A model generated the notes under the pieces. The model was given only the letters and a program-made list of their open reading frames with translations, had not been told where the DNA came from and ran no database searches. Position numbers and translations under genes: made by a program. DNA of 35,144 nt from Antechinus flavipes (Eukaryota): the NCBI RefSeq assembly GCF_016432865.1, contig NC_067403.1, positions 256,708,857 to 256,744,000 of the forward strand, given 5' to 3'. Shown piece after piece: positions 31,820 to 35,144 of this stretch (its first letter is position 1; each line of letters opens with the position of its first letter).

Positions 31820-32330
31820 ATTATTGTTCTGTAAGGAAGGACCAGCAGGATGAATACAGAGAGGACTGGCGAGACTTACATGAACTGATGCTGAGTGAAA
31901 TGAGCAGAACCAGGAGATCATTAGATACCTCAACAATGATACTGTTTGAGGATGTATTCTGATGGAAGTGGACCTCTTTGATAAAGAGAGCCTTAATTGA
32001 TCAAAGATGGGCAGAAGCAGCTACACCCAGAGAAAGAACACTGGGAAATGAATATAAACTGCTTGCATTTATGTTTTTCCTCCCGGGTTATTTCTACCTT
32101 CTGAATTCAATTCTCCCTGTGCAACAAGAAAACTGTTTGGTTCTGCACACATAGATTGTATCTAGGATATACTGTAACCCATTCAACATGTAAAGGACTG
32201 CTTGCCATCTGGGGGAGGGGGTGGAGGGAGGGAGGGGAAAAATCGGAACAGAAGTGAGTGCAAGGGATAATGCTGGAAAAAATTACCCTGGCATGCGTTC
32301 TATCAATAAAAAATTATTAAAAAAAAAAAA
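31820..32330 (+). mobile_element. Young 5'-truncated L1 with polyA and perfect 15-bp TSD
   Basis: ORF2 end (..DQQDEYREDWRDLHELMLSEMSRTRRSL..), 3'UTR and polyA; AGAACAATATTCCAT at 31805-31819 and 32330-32344. Confidence 0.9.
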
Positions 32331-33785
32331 GAACAATATTCCATTCCGGTGGTAGGATTAAAGGGATGAAAAGATGAGGGCCAGTCTCCTAAACCAAAAC
32401 CCCAGGACAGGAATCTCAGCAGAAGTTGGGCTCTCTCAGCTCCTGGGCTGGTATCCTGTCCCCATTTCTGCATTGGACAAGCATTTATTAAGCACTTACT
32501 GTTTAATACTTTAAAACCCCAATCCCCTAGGCTGGGATGCTCTCCCTCTGCCTTCAAATCCCAGCCAGATTCCCACCTCGTCCAGGAAACCTCCTTACGG
32601 CCAGCACTTCCCTTAGAGATCATCCCTTAGAGTGTCTCATTGGTACGTAGTCGTTTGCATGCTGTCTCCCCTCATCAGACTGTGAGCTCCTCAAGAGCTA
32701 CCTTTTGCTTTTCTTTGTAACCTCAGGACTTAGCGCAGTGCCTGGCACACAGTAGTTGCTTAATAAATGCTTACTGACCGACTGGGGACACTGAGATAAC
32801 TAGAACATGGCCCTTCTCTTCTGTGAGGCAGATGAGCGGCACTTAGATAAATTGGATGCAACTTTAAATCAAAGGACACCTGGGGAGTAGCAAGTGTTGC
32901 AGTAAAATAATGTCCAGTGATGGCTGAGAAAGGAAAGCATGAGGACTTCATGGGTGGGGGGTGGGGCAATAAGAGTGTGTAAGACACTGCCCCCCCTCCC
33001 ATAATTCCCAGGGCTTGGATTCAGATCCTGCATCGGGGCCCTAGCTGTGTGCCACTGGGCCGCTTCCTTGCTGCCCAAAATATTGGAGGAGGGGGTGGAC
33101 TCATGATCCCCAGTCCCTTTAAGGCCCCGGGAGTCACCGTTTCCTTTGGTTCTGCCTTGTTAGGTCCTGACTGGAAGGTGAGAAAGGGAGTCCAGCCAGA
33201 GCACGCTCCACTTAGCAGGCTGGCTCAATCTGCCTGCTGCCCCCTGGTGGTCATGGGATCAGAGTGCAGGCTGAGGGGCCGGATCCCCCAACTCTCCCTC
33301 ACCATGGCTGCCTGTTTACAGAGGAGGACCCTGAGCTCCGGGGAGATCACGCTAATTAGCTCGAGATGCACGTTTGCATCTCCCTGTATTTTACAGATGG
33401 GGACACTGAGGTCCGGGGGTCTAATCGATTAGCTGAAGACCCTGGGCTAAAAAGAAGGAAGCACATTTGCTTGGCAGCTTTGCGTCCCAGGAGATCCCAT
33501 CCGGTTTAGGGCTGGAAGAAGGCTTCAGAGCTGGGGATCCAGTCCTTGGCTGGCCCCCTGCTCTCTGCCCGTTCCTAGCCTCAGTTTCTTCATCTGTAAA
33601 GTGGGGCTGGACCATCTCTAAGGGTGCTTCTGGTCATTAAGGGTGCCCACCTCGGGCGAGGGCGGGGGATAAGTCTGCAGGGTCACCTCCCGCCTCTTTG
33701 CCTCGACCCCCTGCCCAGGATACCCTCCTAGCTCCTTCCACGGCTCAGCTCCGGGCCCACCTCCTACAAGAAGCCTTTCCCGAAG

Positions 33786-34230
33786 ATCATCATGTACTTC
33801 AACAACAATACCATATGATGACCAATTCTGATGGGCGTGGCCTCCTCAGCACCGGGATGAACCAAATCAGTTCCAAAGGAGCAGGAATGAACTGAACCAG
33901 CCACGCCCAGCGAAGGAACTTTGGGAGAGGACTAAGAACCACTACATTGACTTCCCAATCCCTCTGTTTTGCCCGCCTGCATTTTGATTTCCTTCACAGG
34001 CTAATGGTACAATATTTCAGAGTCCGATTCTTTTTGTGCAGCAACAACGGTTTGGACGTGTGTGCTTATTGTGTATCTAATTAATATTTTAATATATTTA
34101 ACATCTACTGGTCATCCTGCCCTCTGGGGGAGGGGTGGGGGAAAGGAGGGGGAAAGTGGAAAGAGAGGTCTGGCCATTGTCAATGCTGTCAAGTTACCCA
34201 TGCATAGAACCTGAAAATAAAAGGCTATTA
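33786..34230 (+). mobile_element. L1 3'UTR fragment
   Basis: GATGACCAATTCTGATGG...G-rich tract...AATAAAAGGCTATT. Confidence 0.75.
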
Positions 34231-34379
34231 GATTTTTTAAAAGCCTTTCCTGATTGCCTCGGCTCCCCATTTAAGGCCCCCCCTTTAAGGGTGAAATTTG
34301 ACTTGTCTCATGCGGTACAACCCAGCCGAAGGGATGCCGCTCCCTTTGGGGCCCATGATAGGCGTTGAGCAGAGCAGTC

Positions 34380-35144
34380 GGACGGTGCGTGCGCAGAGCG
34401 CCGGGCCTGGAGTCAGGAAGCCCTGAGTTCAAATCCAACGTGAGACACTTACGAGGTGCGCGCCGAGAAAACCCGAAGTCGCGCCGGACTGAAAAACCCC
34501 GCTCTTATCTCGACGCCATTAGGTTCCTCTCTGGCCGCAAGTATTAATTATGGCTTCTGGGGGTCCGTGACCCCAGAAAAGGTTAAGGGCCAACGGCTCG
34601 TTTTACGGACGAGTCAACTGAGGCGCAGAAAAGCTTGGTCAATAAAGGTCGGAGCTCGGGCCCCCAAGAGAACAGGCTGGGACCTCCCAGCGGGGCGCCG
34701 GCCTCGCGGGCCAATCCCCAGCAGCCCTGGCAGCACGTGCGGGAGGAGGCGGAGGGAGGAAAGAGGAGGGTGGGGCCTGGGGGAGGATCCGCGCGCTCAT
34801 TGGTCTCTGGCCAAGCCGGTCATGACGAAGGCGGACGATGATTGGGGGGGAGGGGCGGGCGTCGCGCGGCCCCAATGAATGGGTAGCCGGAAGCAGGAAG
34901 TGAGTGAGGGAGTGAGGGAGAGAAGCAGCTGGTGCAGGTGAGGGCACCCTGGCTGGGCGCTGCGGGTGGGGTGGGAGGGACGGCGCGGAGCGGGGAGCGG
35001 GCGGGTGCCGGGGACCCCCGTCGCTCCCCGGCCAGGATCTCCTGGCGCCAGAAGGGCTCCGATCGGAACCGAGCCAGGGACTGCCTCCTGTGCCGGCAGG
35101 TGCCAAAACGCAACCGCCCCAGGCCCCAGGAACCCCCGCCTCCC
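34380..35144 (+). promoter_or_regulatory. CpG-island promoter and probable short non-coding first exon (donor at 34937/34938) of the next gene, probably DPP3
   Basis: CpG-rich. CCAAT/ATTGG boxes at 34711, 34799, 34841 and 34872; tandem ETS sites CCGGAAGCAGGAAGT at 34887-34901; donor GTGCAG|GTGAGG. Gene identity rests only on human gene order PELI3-DPP3-BBS1; no coding sequence is in the window. Confidence 0.6.

Overview
This is mammalian genomic DNA, most likely a marsupial: the young CORE-SINEs, L1 3' ends and RTE relic look marsupial, probably dasyurid. It has two assembly gaps (9459-9722 and 18548-19064). One complete protein-coding gene is present: PELI3 (Pellino-3 E3 ubiquitin ligase) on the + strand. 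It has six coding exons (16771-16925, 18101-18230, 18355-18456, 20636-20830, 22264-22452, 26659-27228; 1341 nt, 446 aa, the short Pellino3b-type form), a CpG-island promoter, a probable non-coding first exon ending at 15687 and a probable polyA signal at 28550. A second CpG-island promoter starts near 34.4 kb and is probably DPP3, inferred only from human gene order. The rest is repeat-derived: SINEs, MIR, L1, L2, CR1/L3, RTE, two ERV LTRs, and mini- and microsatellites. Nearly all other listed ORFs are spurious. I see no evidence of a new multi-gene system. The most interesting signals are: (i) two L1 insertions into antisense L1 hosts, each truncated at the homologous coordinate; (ii) a patchwork templated insertion that copies local DNA; (iii) a candidate PELI3 5'UTR exon creating an overlapping uORF; (iv) an intronic MIR that may be the un-exonised counterpart of the human Pellino3a exon; (v) a G-rich splice acceptor with no pyrimidine tract; (vi) a minisatellite with a higher-order 40-bp dimer.
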